From the NCBI GenBank assembly GCA_951406725.2, contig OX597818.1, positions 129,270,001 to 129,334,000 of the forward strand: a stretch of DNA of 64,000 nt, read 5' to 3'. Shown in pieces: positions 12,095 to 23,850 of the stretch (the stretch's first letter is position 1; every line of letters begins with the position of its first letter). The notes under the pieces are model-generated. The model was not told where the DNA came from and searched no databases. It worked only from the letters and a program-made list of their open reading frames with translations. Both the position numbers and the translations under genes were made by a program. The stretch comes from Octopus vulgaris. Taxonomy: Eukaryota.

Positions 12095-12115
12095 GTAGTA
12101 GTAGTAGTAGTAGTA

Positions 12116-12440
12116 GCTCAGTGGTTAGTGCATCGAGCTTACGATCGTGTGGTTGTGAGTTTGATTCCCAGACCGGGTTGCGTGTTGTGTTCTTGAGCAA
12201 GACACTTTATTTCACGTTGCCCCAGTTAACTCAGCTGTAGAAATGAGTTGTGAGTCACTGGTGCCAAGCTGTATCATCAGCCTTTGCCTTTCCCTTGGAT
12301 AACATCAGTGGTGCAGAGAGGGGAGGCCGGTATGCATGGGCGACTGCTGGCCTTCCACAAACAACCTTCCCCGGACTTGTGTCTTGGAGGGTAACTTTCA
12401 AGGTGCAATCCCATGGTCATTCCTGACCGAAGGGGGTCTC
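12116..12440 (+). mobile_element. tRNA-derived CORE-like SINE
   Basis: GCTCAGTGGTTAG A-box, GAGTTTGATTCCC B-box, TTCTTGAGCAAGACACTTTA core-like motif. Confidence 0.75.
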
Positions 12441-12447
12441 CTCAGTA

Positions 12448-13078
12448 GTAGCTGGCAGAATCATTAGCATGCCAGATGAAATGCTGAGCAGTATTTTGCT
12501 CATTGCAACATTCTGAGTTCAAATTCTGCCGAGGTTGATTTTGCCTTTCATCCTTTTGGGGTTTATAAATTAAGTACTAGTTACGCACTGGGGTCAACGT
12601 AATCAATTATCTGCCTCCTCCAAATTTCAGGTCTTGCGCCTATAGTAGAAAGGGCTACTGTTATTATTATTACTATTAGTAAAGTGGCAAACTGGCAGAA
12701 TTGTTAGTATGCCAGGCAAAATGCTTAATGGTATTTGGTCTGCCGTTACGTTGTGAGTTCAAATTCCGCCAAGGTCGACTTTGCGTTTCATCCTTTCAGG
12801 GTCGATAAATTAAGTACCAGTTACACACTGGGGTCGATGTAATCGACTTAATACCTATGTCTGTCCTTGTTTGTCCCCTCTGTGTTTAGCCCCTTGTGGG
12901 TAATAAAGAAATAGGTATTTGGTCGGTCTTTATGTCCAGAGTTCAAATTTCACTGGGGTCAACTTTCCCTTGCATCCTTTTGAGATCAATGCATTAAGTA
13001 CCAGTTGAGTACTGGGGTTGATGTAATTGACAAACCTCCTGCCCCTAAATTTCAGGCCTTGTGCCTATAGCAGGAAGG

Positions 13079-13143
<65 letters not shown>

Positions 13144-13334
13144 GGTGAAGAGCTGGGAGAATCATTAGTGCATTGGACAAAATGCTTAGTGGCTTTTCTT
13201 CCAGTTCTTTACATTCAGGGTTCAAATTTTGTTAAGGTTGAATTTACCTCTCACATTTTCAGAGTTGATGAAATAAGTACCAGTTTAGTTCTAGGGGTCA
13301 GTGTAATCAACTTGTGCCTGTAGTAGAAAGGATT
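12448..13334 (+). mobile_element. Head-to-tail array of S2 SINEs separated by (ATT)n
   Basis: Four S2 cores, including a dimer at 12681-13080. Confidence 0.85.
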
Positions 13335-13581
13335 CACTTTTACTCTTTTACTTTTTTCAGTCATTTGACTGCAGCCATGCTGGAGCACTGTCTTTGGTCA
13401 AACAAATCGATCCCATGACTTATTCTTTGTAAGCCTAGTACTTATTCTATCAATCTCTTTCGCTGAACCACTAAGTTATGGGGACGTGAACACACCAACA
13501 TAGGTTGTCAAGCGATGATGGGGTGAGGGACAAATACAGACACACAAGCACATACATACATTCATACATACATATGTACAT

Positions 13582-13613
<32 letters not shown>

Positions 13614-13655
13614 TTATGACAGGCTTCTTTCAGTTTCCATCAACCAAATCCACAA
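13335..13655 (-). mobile_element. SINE S1, 5'-truncated
   Basis: S1 tail and body on the minus strand. Confidence 0.8.
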
Positions 13656-13782
13656 CCACCACCACCACCAGTATACTTTAACCACAGTCACTACAATTAA
13701 TACTTCACCTGTTACTGCAGGTGAGAGAACTGCTATTACTACTGCTGCTGCTGATGATGATGATCATCATCATTATAATTAC

Positions 13783-13833
<51 letters not shown>

Positions 13834-13874
13834 TATTAGCTTACTATTATTAGCTTATCTGTTGTTCTTGACCA

Positions 13875-14095
13875 AGGACGTCATATGGGAAAAAACCATG
13901 GAGAAAGTTGGGACAAGGGTCCTGGACACCTTCATTTTGAAGGACTTCCATGGGGCCTTTAGGAAGCGGCTGAAGCACTATAATAAGTGTATTGAAGTCA
14001 GAGGATCCTACTTTGAAGAATGTTAGAGTTTTGTACTTTTTTGAAATTCATGTCTTTCCTGAAAAGGTCTCAAAACTTCTGGAATGCACCTTGTA
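13875..14095 (+). mobile_element. Mariner transposon 3' remnant
   Basis: DFHGAFRKRLKHYNKCIEVRGSYFEE matches the mariner transposase C-terminal KC...G.YFE motif. Ends in a TIR-like ..GAATGCACCTTG followed by TA. Confidence 0.75.
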
Positions 14096-15295
14096 CTTAT
14101 GCTTCAATTTGCCACTGAATTGCTGCTAAATATTTCAAAAGGAACATGTTATCTGATTGTTTCTAAGGACGCTATATATTTAACGTTTGTATATTGAATG
14201 GTTATGAATTGAAAATGTGAAGTAATTTATGTATGAAAAGCAGAAAAACGAAAAAGACGAAAGAAATATAAGAAAAGAGAAGAGAAGGAAAGAAATGAAG
14301 AAAAATATGAAAATAATGAAGTTTAGAACAATCATATATTAATATCGATTTTAAAAGTTTATTGATTTGAAAATAACTCTATATTAATGATATATGTAAG
14401 TGAAGTAAGAGAAGAAAAGGGGAGGAAGGAGAGAGTAAAGAAATACGTAAAAACAGAAAGGGCTAGCTCATTTATGTAATATGTAGTTTTACAGAAAATT
14501 TATATAAATGCTATATTTAAAAAGAGGAAAAAAATAGAAGGAATACCAAAAAAAAAAAAATATGAATTGAAAAGAAAAAGAAAGAAAGGACAAAAAAGTT
14601 TGTAAACGTTTTGTATATCAACTCTGAAGAGTAAAAGCTATGTAAACAATAACTGCAAAGTGTTAAATATAAGCTTTTAAAGATATAACATTAATTATAG
14701 AAAATTATTGATGCGTAAATGTTTGATGATATGGAACAGAGCAAAAGCCTGTATTTGTTTTTAACATATAATTAATAATATATAATTAATTAATAGTGAG
14801 GACCTTGCAATTCTTCAGTGGTATTGATGGTTTGTATCTGCAAAATTAAATAAATTCATATCGATTTTGTAACTATTATGTAATAAAATAACCTGCATTT
14901 TTTTTCACTCCCCCCCTTATATGCTTAAATTATATATATGTGTTTTACATAGAGCCATTTGCCTGTTTGATGGCTCTGTATACATTCTGAGTTCTAATAC
15001 TGCCAAAATCAACTTAGTCTTTCATCCTTTTAGAGTAATTAAATAAATGCCAGCACTGTACTGTAGTTAATAAATTCTCTTTCTTTTGTTCTGTCTGTTT
15101 GCCTCTTTACTTTAGAAGAAATTAACTGTGGTCAGACCAGGAGTGGGGTAGGCTCTTCATGAACTAAAAGAGCCTAGGACATACTGTATACCGCTGCAAC
15201 AATTCCTATGACTCTATCAGGAGTTGGAGTCCCAAGACAGGTCAAGGCAAATATGCATGCTAAATGTGTGTGTGTGTATGTATATATATATATAT

Positions 15296-15500
15296 AGTTA
15301 ATCCAAACAAGAAAGCACAAAAAACACAACAACGCGAGGACGTGGAACAAATATAGTATTATTGAACGCTCAGGAAAGAAGGAGGGTTTAACGTTTCGAG
15401 CGGAGCTCTTCGTCGGAAACATAGGAGAAGGAAAGATCCAGAGAAGGGAAGACAGAGGAAAAAAAAGCTCCAACGGTACACACAAGGCCACATTTTGAAA
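15296..15500 (-). mobile_element. Short CpG-rich Penelope pseudo-LTR-like element with HHR
   Basis: Abuts (TA)n and contains the HHR fold at 15386-15420. Confidence 0.65.
15386..15420 (-). ncRNA. Minimal type-I HHR with U4C core variant
   Basis: GTTT-CCGACGA-A-GAGC(TCC)GCTC-GAAA-CG-TT-AAAC. Confidence 0.75.
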
Positions 15501-16257
15501 GACTGGAGGCACAAGTGTGGCTGTGTGGTAAGAAGCTTGCTTCCCTACCACATGGTTCCATGTTCAGTCCCACTGCATGGTACCTTGAGCAAATGTCTTC
15601 TACTATAACCTCAGACAGACTAAGGCCTTGTGAGTAGATTTCGGAGACAGAAACTGAAAGAAGTCAGTCCGTATGTGTGTGTGTGGGTGTGTGATTTCTT
15701 GCTGAACAACCACACAAATGATTTGTTTATAGTGATTAAATGTTTACGTTCACATAAGCTCACTCCCTCCATCAAATCGACATTACCTATACAGGTGTAT
15801 TGTGTGCCACATGTAAAGTGATGAAATCATCACAGAGCAACGTGAAATGAAGTACTTTGGTCAAGAACGCAACAGTGTGCAGTGTGGGTGGTAGAGACAC
15901 TAACGCAAACACACACACATACATACAGAATTCTTTCAGTTTTTGCCAACCAAATCCATTCATAAGGTTTTGGTTGCCCTGCAGTTATTGTAGAAAACAC
16001 CTGGCCAAGGGGGAACTGAAACCAGAACCTTGTGTCTGCTTCTGTATGTATGTGTTGACATCATTGATTAAAACCCTTCAGTGCAATGCCCCAGCATGGT
16101 CACTGTTCAATGACTAAAATAAAAAGAAAGAATGAAAGAGTATGTCATATCCACAAATAGATCAAAATATTTAATACAATCAACAACGAGAAATACTTCG
16201 AGGGAACAATTTTCTATGAAATGGCATCAATATCTCAAGCTGGTAGCATAGAAATAT

Positions 16258-16492
16258 TGATTTCAAATTTTGGTACAAGGCCAGCAATTTCAGGGAAGTG
16301 GGTAAATCGATTACATTGACCCCAGTGCTCAAGTGGTGCTTATTTTATTGAACCTGAAAGGATGAAAGGCAAAAGTCGACCCTGAAAGGCAAAGGTGACC
16401 TTGGTGAAATTTGAACTCAGAATGTAAAGACGGATGAAATGCTGCTTAGCATTTTGCCTGGCATGCTAATGATACTGTCAGCTTGTCACCCT
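16258..16492 (-). mobile_element. S2 SINE with small internal duplication
   Basis: S2 core; CCTGAAAGG..GGCAAA is repeated. Confidence 0.8.
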
Positions 16493-16739
16493 AGTGAGCA
16501 TAGAAATATTAAAATCCTATATTGTATAATCCAAGTCAGTTTAAGAGCTGTTTACTCAAATATAAATTCATCTTCAAGGACAAAGGAATAAGAAACAACA
16601 CATCCTTATAAAGCTGATATGGTCAATTACTGAAGCTAATATGCCTTACATAAAGATGAAGAGAGAGGCACAAATGTGTGGGCACACAAACACATGCACA
16701 CATTTATGTGAAGGTGAAGATGAAAACAAAAATATAAAT

Positions 16740-17275
16740 ATTTGTAGTCACCCATAATCCCAGAAACCATAACATCTTATATTCTGTTCCAATCCCATAC
16801 CACTTGTCAAATCTCAGAAAAATAATTAAAGAATCACAAATTATCAAAAGGTAAAGACAACCACCAAATCTTAAAAGACAAAGGCAAAATTCTTATCAGA
16901 AAAAGAAATAACACAGGTAACAAAATGTAGTGACTTTTAATTTGAGCCACGTGAAGTAATGGAACAGAGCAAATTTTTAAAAAAAATTGGAAAATTGGGA
17001 AGGAATTGCAAAACAAAAGATCTCATTTACTATTTCACATTCCCACAAGGCAATAAGAATTATATTGGCCAAACAGGATCAAAATTATTACATCAGGTTG
17101 GAATATATAAGCAATAAATCAAGGATTCATCTCTTATAAATGTGAACATTCTACATATTTGAGCAAATGGGAAATTTAAAATATTCCCTTTTTCTAAATA
17201 AAGGAAGAAAATGATCCACTATAAAAGACAAAAGAAAAATACCTTATCAGAATTCAAAAACCAGAAATGAAGTAG
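16740..17275 (+). pseudogene. Decayed Penelope-like element ORF end (GIY-YIG endonuclease)
   Basis: VVTHNPRNHNI near 16745; NCKTKDLIYYFTFPQGNKNYIGQTGSKL from 17004; then FKIFPF and EKYLIRIQKPEM, with stops and frameshifts. Confidence 0.75.
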
Positions 17276-18196
17276 AAAGAGTCAACACTGTTATCAAAAG
17301 GAAGTTTCCTCCAGATTACTCTATAACATGTGTGTCTGAAAAGCTGTAGCCAGCAAAAGCATGTACACATCATGAATGAATCTTTCCAAAAACTTTGTGT
17401 CATTATTTTCTTTTGATATAATTAATAAGTTTTAATTTAAGAAAATCTTGCTTCAAATATTGTGACTGTATTAAGAATTCTTTCTAAATAGAATTTCTTA
17501 AAAACACACACATACACACATATATACACACTCTCACACATACACATACATACATATATATATATATACACATATACACACAGATGCATATATATGTGCA
17601 TATATTCATATGTATATGCATATATATATGTATATATATATATATACATACATACAAATATATATATATGTGTGCATGTATGTATGTATGTATTAGAAAA
17701 AAAACACATGAACATAAACTTTCTTTATTTTTAATTTTTTAATTAAAAATACTTGCCAAATTATAAATCAGATAGAGATTAAATAGAGGGAAAAAATTAC
17801 TAGTAGATAGTGTCAAGACTGATTTAATTTCTCCCTCTCACTCTATGTCCCTCCCTCCATCTCAGAGTTTAACCGTCTCAGAGTTACACCTCTGTCTTCA
17901 CCCCCCCCCCCAATTGTGCCCTGCTACAATAGTCACTCTGTCTTGACTGAGCACTGTACTAAGATCAGATGAACTGATGTGAATCTCCGTATTGCAATAC
18001 TAGTGGTGGGAGTGGGTGGGTGGGTGAGGGAGGTGGTAAAAAAACATTTAGGGAAATGATAAACTTTATTGAATTGCATAGTATGAAAAAAATAGCGTAC
18101 ATGTGTGGCTGTATCTACATATATATGCACACATATATACATATATAAATGCGTGCACACGCATATGTGCATATATACATACATACATGCATACGT

Positions 18197-18233
<37 letters not shown>

Positions 18234-18473
18234 TATATATACACATACATGTACATATACATGTAGGCATATACACAGATATGTGTGTAGACAACTACAT
18301 GTATATTTACATGTATATGTATATATATGTATATATGTAGATACACACACACACACACACACATATATATATGTATATATGTAAATATACACACACACAC
18401 ACATATATATGTACATATATTATGTATGTACACATACATACATACACACAAAAACACACACGTATATACATAC

Positions 18474-18562
<89 letters not shown>

Positions 18563-19806
18563 TCTGTTGTTTTTTTCCTCATTCTTCTCATTGAATGTGG
18601 CAGAATTATATCCAAACGGAAAGATTAGCAAGGTCATGAAGTAATTGGTTGACAAAGGAATGGTAGAAAGAATATGAGACTACAAGAGTGATTGATGATT
18701 ATAAACACACACATCATCTCACACACATATACACAAATACACACAGATTGAAACTCATGCACACAAACACACACACACACATATCCATACATTTACACAT
18801 GCACTTAGACATACAAAACGAAAATAACAACAACCATAACAGTAAACACCACCACTTCGACCAAATATCATCATCATCATCATCGTCGTCATGAAATCTT
18901 AAACAACCCAGTTCCAACTGATCCAATTCCTTTTCCTTGAACAAATGGGGTTTCTAAACTTACCTCATTCCTCATTTCAATTAACAAGGATGATTTAAAA
19001 GATAATGTCTTTTAAGATAATAATCTTTACTAGTTCTAAATAATTAACAAAAATATACAAATATATAAATATCAGTGAAGAAAAAACAAAAAGAAAACCT
19101 GAAAATATAACTGTAAAAAAAAAAAAATAAAAAACATTTTGAGAGAAAGAACCAAATACCAACCCCCTCAACATCAACTTGTCCCCCACCCTACATACCT
19201 CCAATGAAATAACTAAACATTACACCCTTTCTCTTCGAATTACCTTGCTCCACTCCTTTCGCTTACTATCCAACATCTTGATAAAAAAGTGGATAAATAA
19301 CTGAAACAGCCCCAGTTGATATTTATAAGAAGGAAGTAAATAAGGTCTAAAGTAAGTTAAAATAAATATGAGAAAACGGTAAATAATTACATATTGAGGT
19401 AAAAGATAAATACAGAGCAATGATGATGACAGCGACAATGATGACGATGATGATGATAATAATTATAGTGTTGTTCATAGCAATAACAAGAATAGCTAAC
19501 CGAACAAACAATCTTTAGAGTATTTGTTTTCTTTCAGTTTCTTGATTATCTAACTTGATTGATCAAAGACAACGATATAATTGTTAATTTTCATTGTTTG
19601 AACCTGACACTGCAGCACTGAAATTGCATTGTTACTTCTGAACATTTAGTTTGTTGGACTTGTTGTTGTTGAACTTGTTGTTAAATCATTATTTTCATTA
19701 TTAACTTTCTGAGTAATATCTAATATTAGTTTTTTTCTTGAATGTATCTTTGAGATCTTGACACATTTTTTTTTTTGCAATGTGCGTGTGTGTATACATA
19801 TATGCG

Positions 19807-19837
<31 letters not shown>

Positions 19838-19847
19838 CTGCATATTT

Positions 19848-21468
19848 TAGATGCAGGTGCAATTGTGTAGTAAGAAGTTTGCTTCCCAAGCATATGGTTC
19901 AGGGTTCAATCCCACTGCTTGGTACCATGGGCAAATGTCTTCTACAATAGCCTCAGGACAACCACCAAAGCCTTCTGAATGAATTTTGGTAGCCAAAACC
20001 TGGAAGAAGCACCAGGTTGACCAATGCTTTGTGAGTGAATCTGGTAAATGGAAACTGTGTAGAAGTCCATCAGATATAAAAATATATGTGTATATGTATG
20101 TGTGTGCATATGTGTGTATTTGCATTTCTTCCTCCCACCTACTGCTTGACAACCAGTGTTGGCTTGTTTACATCCCCTGGCAGCTCAACAAAAGGGATTG
20201 ACAATAAGTATCAGACTTGAAAGGTAAGTACTGGATTAAATTATTCAATTAAACTAGTGGTTCTCAACCAGGGTTCATATGACCTTTAGGGGATCCATAT
20301 ACAATTTTGTTTTTAAAATTATGTGCATAGATGCAGGAGTGGCTGTGTGGTAAGTAGCTTGCTTACCAACCACATGGTTCGGGGTTCAGTCCCAATGTGC
20401 AGCATCTTGGGCAAGTGTCTTCTACCATAGCCTCGGGCTGACCAAAACCTTGTGAGTGGATTTGGTAGATGGAAACTGAAAGAAGCCCATCGTATATAAG
20501 TATATATATGTGTGTGTGTATGTTTGTGTGTCTGTGTTTGTCACCCTAGCATTGCTTGACAACTGATACTGGTGTGTTTATGCCCCTGTCAATTAGCAGT
20601 TCAGCAAAAGAGACTGATAGAATAAGTACTAGGCTTACAAAGAATAAGTCCTGGGGTCGATTTACTTGACTAAAGGCAGTGCTACAGCATGGCCACAGTC
20701 AAATGACTGAAACAAGTAAAAGAGACCGATAGAATAAGTACAAGGCTTACAACGAATAAGTCCTGGGGTCGATTTACTTGACTAAAGGCAGTGCTACAGC
20801 ATGATCACAGTCAATTGACTGAAACAAGTAAAAGAGCAATAGTTTGGTTATACTTCTAAAATACAAAAAAATCTTTTAACAATTTTTTATACTGTTCCTA
20901 ATAATTTTTAACTATAAAAACAAGTAAAAAGCACCTTCTGAGCATTGGGCCTCATGGAGGCAATGTGCTGGTTTCATGTATCTAGCAGCTCTGCATGTAA
21001 AAAGCACCTTTCAAGCATTGGGCCTCATGGAAGTAATGACAAATGATTAAGTTCCTTGGTGATATGCTGTGCTTGAGAAAAAGACCCATCAAAACAAGTG
21101 AAATTGTAGTTGTGGCAGATACTGGCACCTATGCTGATTGCACGTAAAGGCACCCATTACACCCTCAGAGTGGTTGGCATTAGGAAGGGCATCCAGCTAT
21201 AGAAACCATGCCAAATCAGACTGGAGTCTGGTGCAGCACCTCAGCTTACCAGCCCTGGTCAAACTATTCAACCCACACCAGCATGGACAACAGAAGTTAA
21301 ATGATGATTATGATGAGGTTCGAAATAGCTATGAGAGCCTAGTAAAATAAAATAGGAACTAAAGAGGTTGATAAGCAAAAAGTGGTTTAGAACCACTGCA
21401 TTAAATCCTTCAAGATGGTGCTCCAGCATGGCTGCAGTTGAAATACCAAAACAAGTAAAAGATAAAAA
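19848..21468 (+). mobile_element. Old S1 SINE split by a hAT-like MITE
   Basis: S1 head and body at 19848-20254; S1 tail (GGTGCTCCAGCATGGC..AAGTAAAAGA) resumes at ~21400. Confidence 0.7.
20255..21398. mobile_element. hAT-like MITE containing a nested S1 SINE (20328-20836) and an RTE-like element (~20925-21316)
   Basis: TIRs TAGTGGTTCTCAACC / GGTTTAGAACCACTG. Imperfect 8-bp flanks AATTAAAC / CATTAAAT. Confidence 0.65.
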
Positions 21469-21734
21469 CTAAAACAATTTACACACATACATGTCTATAA
21501 TAATGTACACACATATTCATATCAATAAAAATATGTATACACATATTTTCTCATTAGAAAATTGTTATCGCCGTTGTTTCAGTTTTTAGTTTTTTCTTAA
21601 GAATTTGACTAACAATATTTGAAATTTAATTTGGTCCCAAAACTATGTCACAGTAAAAAGAAATAAAGTTGCATATGTGATAGTAATAAAGAGGCAAACA
21701 AAACTGGCTATTATTATCATTGTTATTATTATTA

Positions 21735-21826
<92 letters not shown>

Positions 21827-21850
21827 ATTATTATTATTATTATTATTATT

Positions 21851-22048
21851 AAGGTGGTGAGCTGGCAGAATCGTTAGCATGCTGGATGAAATGCTTAGCA
21901 GTATTTCACCCATCTCTATGTTCTGAGTTCAAATGGAGCTTTCATCCTTACAGGGGTCAATAAAATTAGTACCAGTTGAACACTGGGGTCGATATAATTG
22001 ACTCATCCCCTCCCCCTAAATTACTGCCTTTGTGGCAAAATTTGAAAC

Positions 22049-22079
<31 letters not shown>

Positions 22080-22766
22080 GAGTTAGAAAGCAGTGCATGC
22101 CATCAGAGTGACACTGGGGTAAAATATGCGAAACCCAATATACCCATCATGACTACCCGTCTGATAAGGGTACACCAGGCACATACATCACAACCATATG
22201 TCCACAACACGATGATTGTATATCAAGATAAACAGTGCATGGCTTCAGAGGTGGGGCCTAGTTAAAATTTTCTTCAGGTCAAGTAGCCCATCCTGCTCAA
22301 AAGGTCCCTGAATAAAGGTTGTTTAAGGATATTGAATGAAACATCCATGTTTTCAGTGGTGAATTATTCAAACTCCAGAGAAGTCCTCTCAACATATGGC
22401 TTTGATGCTCCCCCATGACGTCAGCTCATGATCAAAGATCATGATCCACCACTAAAGGATATGCTCAATTGGTTAAGGTCAAACAACTGACAAGCAGATC
22501 TGTGGTACTGAGCAGAATATTTGCTGTAGCAATAAGACAGTGAGCTGGCAGAATCATTACTACATTGAGCAAAATGCTTAGCAACATTTCATGTCTTTAC
22601 AGTCTGAGTTCAAATTCCGCTGAGGTTGACTTTGCCTTTCATCTTTTCGGGGTCGATAATATAAGTACCAGTTAAGTACTGAGATCGATGTAATCAACTT
22701 ATCATTTCCCCTGAACTTTGAGCCAAAATTGGAAACCATTATTATTATCATTATCATTATTATCAA

Positions 22767-22799
<33 letters not shown>

Positions 22800-23017
22800 G
22801 GTGGGGAGCTGGCAGAATTGCTAGCACACTGGATGAAATGCTTAGTGGTATTTCACCCATCGCTACATTTTGAGTTCAAATTCTGCTGAGGTTGACTTTC
22901 CTTCTATTCTTTTGGGGGTCAAGAAATTAGTACTAGTTTTGCACTGGGGTCGATGTAATCAACTTAATCCCTTCCCCCAAATTCGAGGCCTTGTGCTTCC
23001 AGTAGAAAAGATTATTG

Positions 23018-23084
<67 letters not shown>

Positions 23085-23299
23085 GGAAGGCAGCAAGCTG
23101 ACAGAGTCATTAGAATGCTGGGCAAAATGCTTTATGTCATTTCTTCCAAGTTTACATTCTGAGTTCAAATGCTGCTCAGGTTGAGTTTGCCTTTCATCCT
23201 TTTGGGGTCGATAAAATAAGTACCAGTTGAACACGGGTTGATGTAATCGACTTATCACTTCCCCTGAACTTGCTGGCCTTGTGCCAAAATTTGAAACCA
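21851..23299 (+). mobile_element. Cluster of four S2 SINEs in (ATT)n (21851, 22535, 22798, 23087)
   Basis: Repeated AAGG..GAGCTGGCAGAAT heads and S2 cores. Confidence 0.85.
22080..22530 (-). mobile_element. Non-coding (TAA)n-inserted element (family N), 5'-truncated
   Basis: Homologous to 23311-23815, 29654-29802 and 41301-41611. 3' end ..GGCATGCACTGCT..CTC followed by (AAT)n. Confidence 0.85.
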
Positions 23300-23310
23300 T
23301 TATTATTATT

Positions 23311-23815
23311 AAGTGAGAGAGTAGTGCATGCCATCAAAGTAACACTGGGGTAAAATATACAAAGCCCAGTATACCCATCATGACTACCCATCTGATAAGG
23401 GTACACTAGGCACATGCATCACAACCATATGTGCGTGATATGGTGATCTCATAGCAAGATAAACAGCACATGACCTTGCAGGTGGAGCCCAGTAAGAATT
23501 TTCTTCTGGTTGAGTAACCCATCCCGCTCAAAAGGTCCCTGAATAAGGGTTGTTTAAGGATGTTGAATGAAACACCCATGTTTCCAGAGGTCCCCCACTA
23601 CTTCTACTCGGGATCAGAGATGCACATATTGTCAGCCATTAAGGGACATGGTCAACTGGTTAAGGTCAAACAACTGACAAGCAAATCTGTGGTATTGAGC
23701 AGAATATTTGCTGTAGCCCATCTTTTATACCAAGACAAAACAATGTTCATGATAACACTTCCAATTAGTTAAGAACAGAAGCCATGAGAGCCACTGCCTG
23801 GTACTGGATCAGCGC
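23311..23815 (-). mobile_element. Family N element with both ends, in (TAA)n
   Basis: (ATT)n on both sides. The 5' end GCTGATCCAGTACCAGGCAGTGGCTCTC is shared with the 41301 copy. Confidence 0.85.

Positions 23816-23850
<35 letters not shown>

Noticed and set aside
17933-18655. 240-aa ORF and many similar YI/CV/HT/poly-I/poly-N ORFs across the window
   Set aside because: Translations of (TA)n, (CA)n and (TAA)n microsatellites; no domain or splice evidence.
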